Part shown: positions 19,458 to 29,159 of the stretch, piece after piece | How the letters are laid out: the number at the start of each line of letters is the position of its first letter | How positions within the stretch are numbered: position 1 is the stretch's first letter | Assembly: GCA_038874135.1 (NCBI GenBank) | Contig: JAVZCZ010000001.1 | Coordinates: forward strand, 704,001 to 768,000 | Length of the DNA stretch: 64,000 nucleotides | Origin: Candidatus Woesearchaeota archaeon | GTDB taxonomy: Archaea; Nanobdellota; Nanobdellia; Woesearchaeales; 0-14-0-80-44-23 | Direction of reading: 5' to 3' | Notes under the pieces: generated by a model | The model's database searches: none | What the model was told of the DNA's origin: nothing | What the model saw: only the letters and a program-made list of their open reading frames with translations | Program-made: the position numbers and the translations under genes

Positions 19458-20443
19458 TAAAAAATGTAATCTGGTTCGTCTCTTTTTTCTAACACATACT
19501 TGTAGTCTTCTCTGATTTTTAATATTTGTTTAGGAATTAGTCTAACATGATCTTTTTGATGATATGCCGATACGGATATGACTGGTTTAAATTTTCTAAT
19601 TGTTTGCTTTGCACCATCTATTACTTTCAATTCATAACCTTCCACATCAATTTTTATGAAATTTACTTTATGTATTTTTTCATCTTTAACGAATTTATCT
19701 AATGGAATAATCTCTATATTTGCAAAACCCGCTACGCTGCCTACACTCATATCTGAATCTTCTACCGCACTGATTGCATAGTTAAGTATTGCTCTGTTAA
19801 TTTTTTTATTCTTTATTTGTTCTCCAAGACCTTTATTTATGCAAATTACATTCCTTATACCTAATGCACTGATGTTATGTTCTAGACACTTAAAGATTTT
19901 TGGATCTGGTTCAAAGGCATAAATCTTATTTCTCGTCAAAAGTGAGGCCAATATGGAGAAGATTCCAACATTCGCTCCAGCATCAATTACTACATCTTTG
20001 CTCCGTATAAATTCTTTTGCATTATACTGGTCTGAAACCAGAATCTGTTCAGTTAAGGAAAGAGTAGTTAATATATCTGCAGGAGAATATGAAGGAAGTT
20101 TAAATTTATACTCCTTCAATATATTTTTTATGTTCTCAAGCTCCTCTATTGAGATAATCTTCTCAAAATAAGAAGAATATGCCTTTTTCAGGCGTCTCAC
20201 TTTAGCATTTCTTTTCTTTTCATTTAAAAATTTATTAGTTATTCTTGATGGCAGAACAGTTAAAATTTTATCTATCGCACTAACACTGGGCAGGTTTAAT
20301 ATTTCCTTAATCACTTTAAACCTGTATTCTAACATAGTATGTTTTCTGTGTTTATTTCTATACTCACAACTTACATCAGCCATCTCTTCAATAAATTTTT
20401 TTACTCTACTTTCTTCCAAATTCTTCACCAAACATTCTTTCAT
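19454..20443 (-). CDS. FkbM-family methyltransferase
   Basis: VIDAGANVG, YAFEP, FIKIDVEGYE; start uncertain. Confidence 0.88.
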   Translation of the reverse strand: MKECLVKNLEESRVKKFIEEMADVSCEYRNKHRKHTMLEYRFKVIKEILNLPSVSAIDKILTVLPSRITNKFLNEKKRNAKVRRLKKAYSSYFEKIISIEELENIKNILKEYKFKLPSYSPADILTTLSLTEQILVSDQYNAKEFIRSKDVVIDAGANVGIFSILASLLTRNKIYAFEPDPKIFKCLEHNISALGIRNVICINKGLGEQIKNKKINRAILNYAISAVEDSDMSVGSVAGFANIEIIPLDKFVKDEKIHKVNFIKIDVEGYELKVIDGAKQTIRKFKPVISVSAYHQKDHVRLIPKQILKIREDYKYVLEKRDEPDYIFY

Positions 20444-21590
20444 ACCTCTTTGCAATTGCATCCCAAGAAAATCTTTTCGCAGCTTGCCTGGGTTTATACT
20501 CTTTCTTGTGCAAATAGACATAATTAATATCTTTTGCAAGTTCTTCTTCATCTCTCATTTTTGAGTAAAACCCTCCATTTTTTATCATCCAACGCCTATC
20601 CTCTTCATCCCTGGAAATTACAGGTATGCCACAAGCCATTGCTTCTATAAAAACATTTCCAAATGGTTCATTCTTGCTGCATAGTACAAATAAATCCCCA
20701 CTTCTATAAACTCTTGGGAGTAAATTAAAATTAACAACTCCTAAATAGACAAACCTTTTTCCAAGAAGTTTTTTACCCAGCCGGATTATTGCATTTTTCT
20801 GTGAGCCATTCCCTGTTACTATCATACTTCCACTCCTTAGCTTAGCAACTGCCTTTATAAGAAAATCTACCTCTTTATTTGGTTCAATTGCAGCGGTTGA
20901 TATGATAACAGGATGTTCCAATTCAACTTTTTTCATTTTTGATATTTTCTTAATATCTCTTACATCTAATTTTGAAGCTCTTGGATTGAAAAGCTCTAAA
21001 TCAGCACCATTTGGGATAAGCACAGAATTAGTGCGAGGTGCATATCGCATGATAAAATTTAGTTGGGAAGGTGTTTGACAAACATAAATGTCAGGCCGTT
21101 TTAGAGCAACTTGTAATTCCTGCCAACAAATTCCTGATGCATTGACCGCAACACTCTTAAAATTCAATTTTTCCTTCTTTTTTATATTGTTTAAAAGCTC
21201 CTGAATACCAGGACCAGCCTGATGCACAATTATATCAGGAATGAACTTTTTTATTTCAGCTTCAACCTTTCTTTCAAATTTATAATCCATGTTTGTATAA
21301 ACCAATTTTCTCATGAAAGGAATCAATTTAAAGATGAAATAAAGCTTGTGATTTTTAAGCCAGGAACTAAATGTTTTGAGGTAAGAATGTCTTTCAACAG
21401 TTGCCGAATTTCTTAGATTTTTATCTAGGATTACCTCATTTTTAGATAGAGAAACTATTCTACAAAAATGTTTTTTAGACCATCTTTTTGTCATCTCCTG
21501 TATGAATATCTCCGCACCTCTAAATACAACTCCATAATACTTTCCCAATACTAGAATTTTTAGATTCTTTTTTAGTCCCATTATAAACAC
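20406..21590 (-). CDS. GT4 glycosyltransferase
   Basis: RGAE, LIPNGAD, EPFGNVFIEAMACGIPVI, FSWD. Confidence 0.9.
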   Translation of the reverse strand: MFIMGLKKNLKILVLGKYYGVVFRGAEIFIQEMTKRWSKKHFCRIVSLSKNEVILDKNLRNSATVERHSYLKTFSSWLKNHKLYFIFKLIPFMRKLVYTNMDYKFERKVEAEIKKFIPDIIVHQAGPGIQELLNNIKKKEKLNFKSVAVNASGICWQELQVALKRPDIYVCQTPSQLNFIMRYAPRTNSVLIPNGADLELFNPRASKLDVRDIKKISKMKKVELEHPVIISTAAIEPNKEVDFLIKAVAKLRSGSMIVTGNGSQKNAIIRLGKKLLGKRFVYLGVVNFNLLPRVYRSGDLFVLCSKNEPFGNVFIEAMACGIPVISRDEEDRRWMIKNGGFYSKMRDEEELAKDINYVYLHKKEYKPRQAAKRFSWDAIAKRYERMFGEEFGRK

Positions 21591-21665
21591 TCTAAATTTA
21601 CTTCTCTTGATATTCTATAAACAATTTTATTAATAAAATTTATTCTGGCATTTATGACGAATTTT

Positions 21666-22622
21666 CTATTTGTACACCTTAATTAAATCTTGATGTTCAG
21701 TCAGATACCTTACAGTTCTTCTTATTCCCTCTTCTATTGAAACTTCAGGTTTCCATCCAGCCTTTCTAAGTTTTGAGATGTCTAAGTGCACGAAAGGGCT
21801 GTCTCCGGGCCATCCACGCTTTCCTCCAGTGTATCTTCTCTTGACCTTCTTTAGTCCCATTTCTGATATTACAATGTCAGCTACCTTATTCACTGTTAGG
21901 TATTCTTCATGGCCAACATTTAATATGTTCACTTTTTCTTTGAAACTCTCTATGCCTTTGAATATGCCTTCCACTCCGTCCTTTATATATAAGAAGGATT
22001 TTTTCTGGCTTCCGTCTCCGAGTATTTGCAGCTCTTTCTGATTTTTTTTCAGTTTCTTTACAAAGTCAAAGATTACGCCGTGCGTGTATCGCTCTCCAAT
22101 CCACGAAGTAAACCTGAAAATCCAGGCTTGCATGTTGTAATAATTGCAATACGCTTCAATCATTGCTTCCCCTGCAAGTTTTGAGGCGCCGTATAGGGAT
22201 GTTTGTATTAATTCTGCATTTTCAGGTGTTGGAAACACTTTAGGCTCTCCATATACGGCAGCAGAGCTTGAAAATGCTATTTTCTTTATCCCATTTATCC
22301 GCATTGCTTCCAGAACATTCCAGGTGCCTATCGTGTTAATGTCTAAGTCCACTTTTGTGTTGTTTATTCCCCCCTTTACATCAGCATTTGCAGCCAGGTG
22401 AAAAATAAAGTCTGAACCTTTCATTGCTTTTGTAAGCGTATTAAGGTTTAGAATATCCCCCCTGATCAGTTTAAAATTTGGATTTTTTATATTCTCCTTT
22501 ATAAACTCAATATTTCCAGTCCTGAAATTGTCATAAACTACAACTTGTGCTCTCTTGCTGAGAAGTTTATCAACTATGTGACTGCCTATAAATCCGGCGC
22601 CTCCTGTTACAAAATATTTCAT
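21666..22622 (-). CDS. NAD-dependent sugar epimerase/dehydratase
   Basis: MKYFVTGGAGFIG, HLAANADV, SSSAAVYGE, YGASK, GDGSQKKS. Confidence 0.93.
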   Translation of the reverse strand: MKYFVTGGAGFIGSHIVDKLLSKRAQVVVYDNFRTGNIEFIKENIKNPNFKLIRGDILNLNTLTKAMKGSDFIFHLAANADVKGGINNTKVDLDINTIGTWNVLEAMRINGIKKIAFSSSAAVYGEPKVFPTPENAELIQTSLYGASKLAGEAMIEAYCNYYNMQAWIFRFTSWIGERYTHGVIFDFVKKLKKNQKELQILGDGSQKKSFLYIKDGVEGIFKGIESFKEKVNILNVGHEEYLTVNKVADIVISEMGLKKVKRRYTGGKRGWPGDSPFVHLDISKLRKAGWKPEVSIEEGIRRTVRYLTEHQDLIKVYK

Positions 22623-22623
22623 C

Positions 22624-25140
22624 TTAAGCTTCCTCATCCTTTTTATAAGTGCTTAGCATTATAAACATTCCAATTAGTGAAACCAGCGAGGTAGCATAGA
22701 CTATTTTCTCCCATAGTGGGAAATAATATTCCAGCTTTATAAGGCTTGTCTTGTTTTCTACTTTTACTATCATGGTTGCCAGATTGGATTTTAAAATTTT
22801 AAGTTCTTTTCCAGATTCATCAAAGGCGTGCCATCTTGGAAAGTATGATTCAGCAACATAGACCCACTCATTGGTTATATTCCCGTATATGGTTATGCTG
22901 GTGTCTGAATTCCGGATATATTTTAGCGAGGTGTTGTTTTTTATAAAAAACAAATCATAATTTGTTCCATTCGTATACGCCCACACATACCTGTTCCCAT
23001 CCGCTTTATTATAAACCTCTTTTTCTAATTTTGAGATTGGAATGCATCCATTATTGGAGCCTCTGAGGCATTCTTTTTCAGAATTGTCAATAAAAGAGCC
23101 TTCAAAGTTTAATTCATAAGCAGGCTGGACCCCGTTTAATTGAAGTATTAAAAAACAATTATTGTTACTAACATAAATCTGGCTGTAGCTTTCATCAGTT
23201 CTGTTTGCGAGGTAGGTGTTTTCAAAAAGGTTGTAGATTATCTGCCTTACTGCCGGATTGCAGAGATTCATAAGTACATATTTTACATTGCTTAGCATAA
23301 ACAGATTAGTGATATAATTCCTAGAATTTGGCAGGATTGTATATCCGTCATCATAGCGGAGTCTATACTGCAGATAAGCTTCCTGCGCTCCTGAAAAGCC
23401 AATTCCTATTGCGGGATGATTTGTGGCGTCATAAAAAATCCCATCTACGCTGAGCCCGAAAATTCCAAATGTGAAAAAATTGCCGGCGGGAAGCATCTTA
23501 ATATATCTGAAGGTGTCATTAAAAATGCTTTCAGAATGAATCGTCTCAGTAACAGTATTGGCAAATCTTTTATGCAGTCTGTAAGCGAATATGGAACTAA
23601 AAATCAAGATTAAAATTAAACACACTGCATAAGCCACTCTGTAAGATTTTTTATCATAAAACACGCTTTCAATTGCTAAAAAGAGCAAGAATGAGAAGGC
23701 AAAAGAGAGCACAATCTCTGCTTTATGGAACTCAATGTACTTTAAATTGTTCAATATGGGAAACTTGGTTGAATCTAAAGAGTAGACCACAAGCAACAAA
23801 AATGGGACAAGCCATACTAAATTATAATGAAGCTTTCCCTTTTTGGTTATAAGGAAATATAACAGAATAAGCATTAATAAAATTGACAAGCCCATAAATG
23901 CAAGGTTCTCCCTGACATACTCCGGAAAATTGATACTCATACTTGCGCCCAAGTTTTGAGTAACCCTATAAGAATAATGAAAGAACGGAACTATCCAAAA
24001 CATAAAAACCATTGAGATTAGGCACAACACACTCCAAAATTTCCAGCTGACAAAATGCTTCTTTTCTAATGAAAGAAGAGCAGAGATCATAACACCCATA
24101 ATGATATACAAAGCCACAGGGTGGAATAGAACAGCAATCCCTCCTAAGAGAAACAGCATAAAAAAGTATAGAACATTCTTCTTATTAACTAACATCACGA
24201 GAAAATATAAAGATAAGCTTCCAATACACAAGGCAGCAAACCCCTTCATGTTACCTGATGCCCCAACAGCAGCGCCGATTGTTGGAAAGCTGAAAAAAAG
24301 AAAAGTAATCATAAGTGATAACAGATTATTTGAGCTGATTCGCTTAAACGTCAAAAATAAGAAAACTGCCGAGACTATTATTAAGAAAATAAAAGCCTGA
24401 TTATAAATGAACAAAGCATTTCTGCCGAGAATAAATGCGGAAATGCCCGAAAACCAGAAGTAAGCAGGCGCATCAAGCGTATATCTCGCCTGGCCTAAAG
24501 TATTCTTTACTTCCCAAATGGGAAAATTTTTCTGTTCAGAGAGCACCCTCTCAACATACCTTGCCGCAGAGTAATATTCCACTGCAGTAGTCTGCGGAAG
24601 GGCTTTTTCATTAAAGAAGGGCGAATAAACTAATAGAATAAATGTGATTACAACAATTATTAAAGATAGTTTTTTATAATCAGGTTGGGAGTTAAATAGT
24701 TCTTCAAAATCATCTCTTACTTTCTTATTTAATAGTGCCATAAGTGGTGAAGAGAAAATGAGGATCATCAACATTCTGCTGATATGAATACCAAGATAGG
24801 ATAATAAAACTGAGAACAAGATTAGAGATAGAGAGAGTACTAATCCAATAGCAATTCTTGTTTCAGTATCAATTTTTTTTAGGAATAAAAAACTAATTAA
24901 GAATCCTGGAAGAATCCAGACAACTGACAATAAGAACATTTTCGGCAGGACCAAATAGGAATTGACAAGCAGAAGCATAAAAACAATACGCTTACGATTC
25001 GTAAGAGCAAAACCGGCTGTGATTAGCATAACGGCTGTAAAAATAAGATATGTCAAAATTTTAGCACCTGATACTTTGAGAGCAATAAAACTAAATAAGC
25101 TGAATATTAAATAAAAAATAAATGCATAAGATATCTTCAT
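22624..25140 (-). CDS. Large multi-pass membrane protein, YfhO/GT-C-like
   Basis: More than 12 TMs, FPIWE..LG..., C-terminal VAESYFPRWHA...N-L-A-T-M-I-V and terminal TM resembling YfhO-type tails. Confidence 0.65.
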   Translation of the reverse strand: MKISYAFIFYLIFSLFSFIALKVSGAKILTYLIFTAVMLITAGFALTNRKRIVFMLLLVNSYLVLPKMFLLSVVWILPGFLISFLFLKKIDTETRIAIGLVLSLSLILFSVLLSYLGIHISRMLMILIFSSPLMALLNKKVRDDFEELFNSQPDYKKLSLIIVVITFILLVYSPFFNEKALPQTTAVEYYSAARYVERVLSEQKNFPIWEVKNTLGQARYTLDAPAYFWFSGISAFILGRNALFIYNQAFIFLIIVSAVFLFLTFKRISSNNLLSLMITFLFFSFPTIGAAVGASGNMKGFAALCIGSLSLYFLVMLVNKKNVLYFFMLFLLGGIAVLFHPVALYIIMGVMISALLSLEKKHFVSWKFWSVLCLISMVFMFWIVPFFHYSYRVTQNLGASMSINFPEYVRENLAFMGLSILLMLILLYFLITKKGKLHYNLVWLVPFLLLVVYSLDSTKFPILNNLKYIEFHKAEIVLSFAFSFLLFLAIESVFYDKKSYRVAYAVCLILILIFSSIFAYRLHKRFANTVTETIHSESIFNDTFRYIKMLPAGNFFTFGIFGLSVDGIFYDATNHPAIGIGFSGAQEAYLQYRLRYDDGYTILPNSRNYITNLFMLSNVKYVLMNLCNPAVRQIIYNLFENTYLANRTDESYSQIYVSNNNCFLILQLNGVQPAYELNFEGSFIDNSEKECLRGSNNGCIPISKLEKEVYNKADGNRYVWAYTNGTNYDLFFIKNNTSLKYIRNSDTSITIYGNITNEWVYVAESYFPRWHAFDESGKELKILKSNLATMIVKVENKTSLIKLEYYFPLWEKIVYATSLVSLIGMFIMLSTYKKDEEA

Positions 25141-25970
25141 GTTGAAGCCCTCTTTTTCTTTGCAATTACCATGTAGGATATGCAGCGCCCGTCCCATGCA
25201 AACAGGGTTTCATCAATAAAGATGATTAAATTATAGATTGCCTTCAAAAAATTCGGAAAATTATAATCAGTATAATCTCTTATTTCAACTACACTTTCCC
25301 TATTGTTGCCTTTGTTTTTATAATTCATTTTGATGAATCTAGCAAAAATTGAAGGCACATAATTCTCAATAAGCCCAATTAGACTATGTGACAAATATTT
25401 TTCTTCTATTATGTCAAAATGTTTAGTTATTAAAGCTCTTATTTTTTTGATTGAATATAGCTTTTTATGTCCAAACCCGTATGCGCCAATAGGTATTGTT
25501 TTCTTTCTAAGCATTTGAAGAACTGCATTTATTGGGTCATATGTGAATGGAAACTCTTTCACCGGCAAAGTTATTATTACTTGACCATTCTCTGCTAGCA
25601 CTCTGGCTAATTCGCTTAGGGCTTTTTGAGTTTCTCTGACATGTTCTAATGTTTCAATACAAATTACAGTATCAAAAAAATTTTTTTTAAAAGGAATTTT
25701 TCTAATGTCACCCTTAAGGAAATGTATGTTTGTGTTTTTTTGATTAAGTCTTGAAGCCAAGCTTATTTCCGATATGCTTATGTCAACTCCGTACGATTCT
25801 TCAAAAAAATCTCTCAGATAATAGTTATAATCTCCAAAACCGCAAGCTATGTTCAAGAGCCTTTTACCTTTTTTGATATGCTTATGCACATTCTTTAATC
25901 TATTAAAATAAGTTAAAGTCATTCGCGTATTCATCCAATACCTCCTATAACAGCTAGGACATTTTTTCAA
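25137..25970 (-). CDS. Class I SAM-dependent methyltransferase
   Basis: LLNIACGFG, GVDIS, IPFKKNFFDTVICIETLEHV. Confidence 0.88.
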   Translation of the reverse strand: MKKCPSCYRRYWMNTRMTLTYFNRLKNVHKHIKKGKRLLNIACGFGDYNYYLRDFFEESYGVDISISEISLASRLNQKNTNIHFLKGDIRKIPFKKNFFDTVICIETLEHVRETQKALSELARVLAENGQVIITLPVKEFPFTYDPINAVLQMLRKKTIPIGAYGFGHKKLYSIKKIRALITKHFDIIEEKYLSHSLIGLIENYVPSIFARFIKMNYKNKGNNRESVVEIRDYTDYNFPNFLKAIYNLIIFIDETLFAWDGRCISYMVIAKKKRAST

Positions 25971-26797
25971 ACTATCCTTTTTGCAATTACTAAAATATTA
26001 ATTTTTAAATGGCTTAATAAAAAATTTGTTGCCGATTCTAATTTTAAAAAACAAATCAGTTTTAATAATTTTTTAATTTGCTTCTTTTTGGAAGTTGTGC
26101 TGTATAGTAACGCGCGCACCGACCTTTTTCTGCTAATATTTTTCATGTAAAGAACTTGAAATCCGTTCTTTTCTAGAATCTTCTTTAAAACTTCTTTTTT
26201 AAAGTAGTATAGATGTTCGTCTGGTTTGATCTGAGTTGCTCTCACAATTGATTTGTCAAAGTCCGGAGTTGAAATTATTGGTAAACCGTTCTTCTTTAGA
26301 AGATTTTTTACTTCATTGATAAATTTGATGGGATCGCTAAGGTGCTCAATCAATTCATGTGCTGTGACGATGTCAAAGTTTTTATGGTTAGAATTAACGA
26401 TAAATCCTTTATGCCTACTTGTTTTTATTGAATTTTTATTTATTTCCCTTCCCTCTACTTCAAAGCCGTGTTCCCTCGCTACTTCCATAAAAGTTCCATT
26501 GCTGCACCCGTAATCTAGAATCTTAATCTTCCCATTCTTCTTCGGTATATGCTTAGTTATGATTTTTAGTTCTGAATCAAAGCTGATTTTATCTAAAGGC
26601 TCACTTAGTTTGTAGTATTCAAAATTTTTTGTTTTATCTATTGAGTACATTCTTCTTAGTTTAAAATGGTTTGGAAATGGATCTAGGAATATAATCCCGC
26701 AGTCATTGCATTTCATTAGTCTAAATTCTCTTTCTTTTTTTATTATCTTAAGATTTTCTGATTTGCACAATCTACATTTATTGTTTGTCTTTTTCAT
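25967..26797 (-). CDS. Class I SAM-dependent methyltransferase with N-terminal Zn-ribbon
   Basis: CRLC...CNDCG, ILDYGCSNG, LIEHLSDP, EHLYYF. Confidence 0.88.
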   Translation of the reverse strand: MKKTNNKCRLCKSENLKIIKKEREFRLMKCNDCGIIFLDPFPNHFKLRRMYSIDKTKNFEYYKLSEPLDKISFDSELKIITKHIPKKNGKIKILDYGCSNGTFMEVAREHGFEVEGREINKNSIKTSRHKGFIVNSNHKNFDIVTAHELIEHLSDPIKFINEVKNLLKKNGLPIISTPDFDKSIVRATQIKPDEHLYYFKKEVLKKILEKNGFQVLYMKNISRKRSVRALLYSTTSKKKQIKKLLKLICFLKLESATNFLLSHLKINILVIAKRIV

Positions 26798-27509
26798 AAA
26801 CTCCCTTTGCATCATTAATTTTTATTTTGATCAGGTCTCTTTTAAATCTTAGAATCACTTCAAATGTTCTGAAATTGCTCATGTCTGAATCAATCCAGGT
26901 TACGGGAACCTCTTTTATCCTGAAACCCATCTTTTGAGCAAGGTATAGTATCTCAACGTCAAAGGCGTCTGATTTGATCCTTTGCTTTTCAAATAGAACT
27001 CTGCACTTTCTCTTAAACATCTTGAATCCGCATTGAGTATCTTTAAACTTAATTCCTAGCAGAATCCTTTTCAAAATTGAGAATATCCTGCTTAAAAGTA
27101 TCTTAAACGGCTTTTTTTGAACTTTTGAATCTTTGAGGCCTCTTGAAGCAATTAGTATGTCATACTTCGGGATTAATTCTAAAAATTTATTTATTTCGTA
27201 TAGGGGCGTGCTTAGATCCGCGTCGTAAAACATCATTAACTCGTATTTTGCTCTGAGCATACCAATCTTTACAGAGCCACCCTTCTCTTCTCTCTTTTTA
27301 TTTACAATTAACTTTATTCTCTTTTCTCTTGCTGCATGTTTCCTAATAATATCTATAGTTTTATCTCCTGACTTGTCTGCTACAAATATTATTTCAAATT
27401 TGTTAATCTTTTTACAGTTATTCAAGAAAAAGAGCGACTCTTTAATGCACCTTTCAATCCTGTTTTCTTCGCGAAATACTGGAATTATTATTGAGAGGTT
27501 CCATTTCAT
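26778..27509 (-). CDS. GT2 dolichyl-phosphate beta-glucosyltransferase-like
   Basis: IIIPVFREE, KGGSVKIGM, DADLSTP, DTQCGFKMF, FDVEIL. Confidence 0.9.
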   Translation of the reverse strand: MKWNLSIIIPVFREENRIERCIKESLFFLNNCKKINKFEIIFVADKSGDKTIDIIRKHAAREKRIKLIVNKKREEKGGSVKIGMLRAKYELMMFYDADLSTPLYEINKFLELIPKYDILIASRGLKDSKVQKKPFKILLSRIFSILKRILLGIKFKDTQCGFKMFKRKCRVLFEKQRIKSDAFDVEILYLAQKMGFRIKEVPVTWIDSDMSNFRTFEVILRFKRDLIKIKINDAKGVYEKDKQ

Positions 27510-27519
27510 CTTTTTTTAG

Positions 27520-29151
27520 CTAAAACCTGTTATCTCTGTTTTTTCTTTTTTTGTTTTTATTTCCTTCAACCCTGTTTATAAATGCTTCAACTAAGTGGTG
27601 TATTATTTCATGAATGTCCTCAACTATCTCATACTCCCCATGCTCAGTAGGTATCCATAAGGTTATGTCTGATATCTCTTTAAGTTTTCCCCCGTCAAAG
27701 CCGACAAAGCTTATTGTCTTTGCACCCACCTTTTTAGCATATTCTACGGCGTTTATTATGTTTGGAGAGTTTCCTGAAGAGGATATGCTTACCAGTATGT
27801 CATCCTTATTTAAAACATTTTCAAGCTGTTTTGAGAATACATGTTCGTATCCCAAGTCATTGGCGTATGCTGTGAATGTTGAAAGATTGTCTGCCAAGGA
27901 TATCGCTTTGAACATCTTGTTGGCTTTTTTTGTTCCCTTTCCAATGTCGCAGGCGAAGTGCGTGGCTATTGCAGCGCTTCCCCCGTTTCCTATGAAATAG
28001 ATTGTTTTTCCCATTCTTTCAGCATTTAGAAATTCTTTGATTACCTGCTCTACTACTTCGTGGTTTATTTTTGAGAATGTTTCAGCAAGGTATCCGGAGT
28101 ACTTCTGAGAGAACTCGTGAATGCTTTCTGAAGTTTCATATATCTGGTCTAAAGTGTCCATCTCATGCGTTCTCAGATGTACAATTCTTGAACCGAAGTG
28201 TTCAAAACGAAAATGCATTCTTTCCAAGCCTAACTTCTTTACTAACAATTCCTGCTTCTCTTTGGGACAATAGAAGAGTAGGAAGCCTCCACCGCCAGCA
28301 CCCAGAATCTTTCCACCAGTTGCTCCAGCTTCTAATGCCTTCTCATAGTATGCATCTATTTTCTTATTTGATATTCCTTCTGATAGGCTCTTTTTTAGCA
28401 GCCAGTTCTTGTGAAGTATCTCTCCCATACTGTTGATGTTCCCGGATTTTAGTTCGTCCCTGAGCGTGAAGGCGAGGTCGCGCATCTTAAGCATTGTCTC
28501 TATCTTTTCCTTCTTCTTCATTTCCTTCTTCTGTTTTGATAGGACTGTTCTCGCCTTTCTGGTAATTCCAGTGAATAGCAGCACTAGGTTTTCTTGCAAC
28601 TCGTGAAGAGTTTGCTTAGGTAGATATATTGGTTCTACGCCTACGCTGCCGTCCTTATTGAATGTGAGTAGATTAAGCCCACCTATTGCACACGCGTACT
28701 GGTCCTGCTTGCCTATTGGCTCTTTAAGGCGTTTTATCTCTACATCGCACGCTTCTTCTGCAAGTTCAAGATTAGTCTTTGGGGTGCTTTGATGCATGTA
28801 TAATGCTTTTAGCAGCCCTACTGTGAAGGCAGAGGATGAGCCGAGCCCTGTGCCCGATGAGGGAATGTCTGCAAAGCTTGCGAGTTCAACTCCCGATTTT
28901 ACACCCGCTTTGAGAAAGCATTCCCTAATTATCGGATGTTTTATCCTTTCAGGAGTACTCACGAGTTCAGTTTTAGAGTATTTTAAGAATATCTTGTTAT
29001 AAAAATAGTTGTGAAGTACTATGTACACATATTTATTTATTGATGTTGAGACAACTGCTCCTTGGTGCTTTCTGTAAAAGTCCGCAATATCTGTTCCGCC
29101 ACCAGCAAAGCTTATTCTCAAAGGCGTCTTGGTTATTATCAAAACTTCCAC
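27520..29151 (-). CDS. Fusion: heptose 7-phosphate kinase (HddA, GHMP family) + phosphoheptose isomerase (GmhA-like SIS)
   Basis: TPLRISFAGGGTD, GTGLGSS, IGKQDQY, GKILGAGGGGF; then GNGGSA, AND..Y..VF, SSSGNSPN, VEDIH. Confidence 0.9.
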   Translation of the reverse strand: MEVLIITKTPLRISFAGGGTDIADFYRKHQGAVVSTSINKYVYIVLHNYFYNKIFLKYSKTELVSTPERIKHPIIRECFLKAGVKSGVELASFADIPSSGTGLGSSSAFTVGLLKALYMHQSTPKTNLELAEEACDVEIKRLKEPIGKQDQYACAIGGLNLLTFNKDGSVGVEPIYLPKQTLHELQENLVLLFTGITRKARTVLSKQKKEMKKKEKIETMLKMRDLAFTLRDELKSGNINSMGEILHKNWLLKKSLSEGISNKKIDAYYEKALEAGATGGKILGAGGGGFLLFYCPKEKQELLVKKLGLERMHFRFEHFGSRIVHLRTHEMDTLDQIYETSESIHEFSQKYSGYLAETFSKINHEVVEQVIKEFLNAERMGKTIYFIGNGGSAAIATHFACDIGKGTKKANKMFKAISLADNLSTFTAYANDLGYEHVFSKQLENVLNKDDILVSISSSGNSPNIINAVEYAKKVGAKTISFVGFDGGKLKEISDITLWIPTEHGEYEIVEDIHEIIHHLVEAFINRVEGNKNKKRKNRDNRF

Positions 29152-29159
29152 CCCCCAAC

